Assembly (NCBI GenBank): GCA_964035545.1
Contig: OZ037772.1
Span: 2,852,001 to 2,916,000 of the forward strand
Length of the DNA: 64,000 nucleotides
Direction of reading: 5' to 3'
Source: Bugula neritina
Lineage: Eukaryota > Animalia > Bryozoa
Shown: positions 60,788-64,000 of the stretch, in pieces
How positions within the stretch are numbered: position 1 is the first letter of the stretch
Layout of the letters: every line of letters starts with the position of its first letter
Notes under the pieces: generated by a model
The model's input: only the letters and a program-made list of their open reading frames with translations
Databases searched by the model: none
What the model was told of the DNA's origin: nothing
Made by a program: the position numbers and the translations under genes

Positions 60788-63773
60788 ATGGCAGAATCCA
60801 GAGTCGTGAAAAAGAGACTCAACAATTCGTATCGCTGTGGGTACTGCTCGCAGTACTTCAACAAACTTGAAGATCCCAGAACTCTGCCCTGTCTGCATGT
60901 GTACTGCATGAGATGTTTGAAGACTGACATAGGTGGTAGGAAGGATCATATTAGATGTGCTTATTGTAGGTGAGTTACAGTACATAACACAATATATCAT
61001 GTCATAGGCTTGCGTATGATTTTCTCACTATCATCTAGGAGTTGTCTGATCTGTGTCTATGAAAAGCAAACAATACTGTATATTCTATGTGAACTCTGGT
61101 TACTAACTTGTGGAGTGTGTGGATATCTTTTCATCAGGTAGAGAAAGTAACTGTTATGTAGATTGCACCATCAGCTGTCCTCTCTTGTTGATTTGTGGTG
61201 CCGTTGGATGTCATGGGAGTCAGGTTGTCTCCCCATTATATTATTTTGTTCTCGTACAGTACAATACTTGTTAGAGCAGTGGTTCCCAACCTTGTTCATA
61301 CCATTCCCACTTTTATACATGTTTACTATTAAGTCCCCTCCATTTCGTCAATCGGAAATTTTTATGACTGTCATAATGATAATATAGATTACTATGCAAT
61401 ATTTTTCCTATTACATTTGAATATAATATAATTATTTCTGATAATTATATTATGCATGTGTAAAACACAGAGCAGTTCAATTATTAATATTATGGCTGCA
61501 GCTGATGATATTGTACCAGCTTGCTTTCAAACCTTCCACCCCAACCCCTAAACCCCAACCCCAATATTGTAATTAAAAACACATTCATGTAGAAGTAGAC
61601 TGAGATGGCAGAACTGGTTAAATAGATAAGCTAAGATGAATGCTTATAGATATACATGTACATGTAACTTGCAAGAGCTCAAAAGTCTTCAACAAACTGC
61701 TTGAAATTTTCAAAATCGAAATCCAGGCTCCCCCTAAAATGCCCAAATTCCCTCTTATAGGGGGATTCTCCCAGGTTGGGAACCACTGTGTTGAATTGAC
61801 TTGTGTTTACTATCTTCTTTCCTGTGATTAGAAACATGTATGATGTTGTCATGACAACAGAGTTGCTGTGGCACAAAGTACAGTTTACTAGTATGTAGTG
61901 ATTGTGTAGTGAGAGTGGAGTGTCTGGTTATTGTCCCTGGTTATGTGTGATCTGTAAGGAGTAGAATTATATTATTTTAATATAATGTTGAGAGAGGTAC
62001 TTTTATAATGGCAGTTTGCTCAATAGCTTTAGTTCTTATGCGATAGACTCATAGCTCTGGAGTCTAGCAGCTGTTACTATTACCACTAGCTGTTCAAAAT
62101 TCTGCCAACATCCGGGCTGCCAAAGCATAATAGCCATTGACAAGGCCAAGCAGTCACTAGGAAATTATTTGACTAAAGAGCAGGTCTTATGACAATTAGT
62201 AGTCAGTCCCTTAGACAGGAATCAGTGATTCTGTGACCTATTTAGTTAAATCCAATGCTGACCTTTTGATTGATTATTAGATAGCCATCACAATTTTATT
62301 TGGTACAATATAATATTATGGGGTGTCAATCAGTGTCTAATATAGTCTGTGAATTGAGTGTCTCCTTTAGCTTTGATGAGTTGATTACTTCTTCTACCAT
62401 CAGTCAGTTGTATTGAGTGTTACTTTGTATTGAGTCATGAATAGTGTTGAAGATTTGGGCCTATATTATGCCAACCCCCCCCCTCTGACTTAGACTGAGA
62501 CCCAACCTGCTGCACATACATAGTAGTACTACACTGAAGATAGTTAACATGTGTATATATCATATACATATATATATATATATAACATAATTATATATAT
62601 ACATGCATATATCATCCTACTAGTAATGGATTACTAAGTACAAGTTATCCTATGACTCACTCTTCTTATGCTAGCTGCACGAGATAGACAACACTCACAC
62701 GTGACACGAACTCACAGTGCACTAGCTCTTGACACATTGCCAAGGATGATGAAATGACAGTTTCGCGCCACTCCTAGCAGTTAGAGTGGCAGGGAATAGT
62801 TGTAGTATGTTGTAGTATTGGATCCTCAGAATTCACTCCTCAGTAATTAGTTGCATTGCACAAACTTGCAACAATAGTGAATAATTATTGACAATATGGC
62901 CTCCACTTAGTAGTAAACTAGTAATTTATCTATCATTTTACAATACAAGTTACAGTTGAGTCTATTTGTTGAGTAGCAGTTCTTTGTCATGAGTGACTAT
63001 TTTCCAGCATATTAGTACATAATATAGTCAAGTGTGTTTTTGTGATAGCCTGTGGTCTATATAATGAATGTGTGTTGATGAGTGATGAGTATTTATTTGA
63101 GTATTTGTCAAGGACACAGCTGTGTGTGTGGATGGAGTATTTCATTACTTGAGATATACTAAACACAGCTAACACAGATAACATACTGATTGCTATATAT
63201 TGTAGGAAAGATCACTATGACATCACAGATCCCACAACACTACCAGTAGCTCAGCATGGAGACCCCTTAGAATACAAGTCTCCACCCAAACCTGCACCCA
63301 TTCCCTGCGATGTGTGTAAAGGTGGAACACAAGCTGCTGTGTTTTGTCTTGAGAGTCAAAAAAAGTTGTGTCAGCAGCATCAAGAAGTGAGTCTTTCTTA
63401 TATAATTTCTCAAGATTAGTTACTAAACCAGTTCTGGTTTGTATGTAGAATATTATTGAAAAGAAATGTTGAGTCTGTGTGACTTTTTATACTAAACACA
63501 CAGTTTCACAGTGCAGTGAGTCAACTATGACAGACTTGTTGGTGAAAATACAACCAACTAAACTGTTGACCTTTATTATACAGAATCACAGGGAGCTGAT
63601 GGGAGATAGACATCAGTTTATTGACATTGAGGTCTACAGAGCTTCTCCCCAAAGATATACTATCACTGAATGTGAACATCATAAAGAGGAACAGCTGACA
63701 GAAGTGTGTTCCAAGTGTCACCAGATATTCTGTATGAGATGTGATATGAGGACTGGCTGTAAGGATAAGACAG
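60788..63773 (+). CDS. TRIM-family E3 ligase, 5' coding exons (RING, B-box 1, B-box 2); continues beyond the window
   Basis: Exon 60788-60969 encodes a C3HC4 RING (CGYC..PRTLPCLHVYCMRC..CAYC). Exon 63206-63386 reads CDVC..AAVFCLES..LCQQH and exon 63584-63773 reads CEHHKEEQL..VCSKCHQIFCMRC. Canonical splice sites join the exons in phase with no stops. Confidence 0.85.
61277..61788. mobile_element. hAT (Charlie-like) MITE in the TRIM intron
   Basis: Perfect 16-bp TIR CAGTGGTTCCCAACCT / AGGTTGGGAACCACTG. The flanking 8-mers TGTTAGAG / TGTTGAAT match only partly. Confidence 0.75.
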
Positions 63774-64000
63774 GTATTTACTTGCTGTTTCTATTTCTGT
63801 AGAAAGAAACTGGGAAATATTACAAGAACCTGTTTATTATTTTATTATTAAAGTGAGTTATGCAACAGTAAAAGAGGAAGTCAGTTTGTCAGCATTAGGG
63901 TTTGTGTGAGACAGAAGTGGATAGTGCAGGAGTTGATATTCTCACTGTTATGTTGAATATTTAGTATATTTCATCCTTCAAGTGTCTGTTTCCTTGATAA

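Overview
AT-rich, intron-containing eukaryotic DNA, most likely from an invertebrate animal; the species cannot be determined from the sequence. The window is dense in transposons, satellites and pseudogenes. It contains three LTR-retrotransposon families. Family A has two internally deleted Ty3/gypsy copies (13572-18835 minus, 21915-25169 plus) and a solo LTR; both copies lack RT, RNase H and the integrase core but keep an intron-containing C2H2-zinc-finger/coiled-coil third gene. Family B is a 1.4-kb solo LTR. Family C (28684-36403) is a young element whose single 1335-aa ORF fuses a Gag capsid to a class III (herpes gB/chuvirus-like) envelope glycoprotein, followed by a UGA-CUAG readthrough context into an in-frame aspartic protease. 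This gag-env-pro order is the standout candidate for an undescribed system. Other elements are a decayed Kolobok transposon, hAT and other MITEs, and LINE and Penelope fragments. Intron-retaining pseudogene fragments of valyl-tRNA synthetase, KIF14 and a fibrillar collagen are present, and the 5' part of a TRIM (RING-Bbox-Bbox) gene lies at the right end. All family assignments come from motif recognition by eye; no database searches were run.
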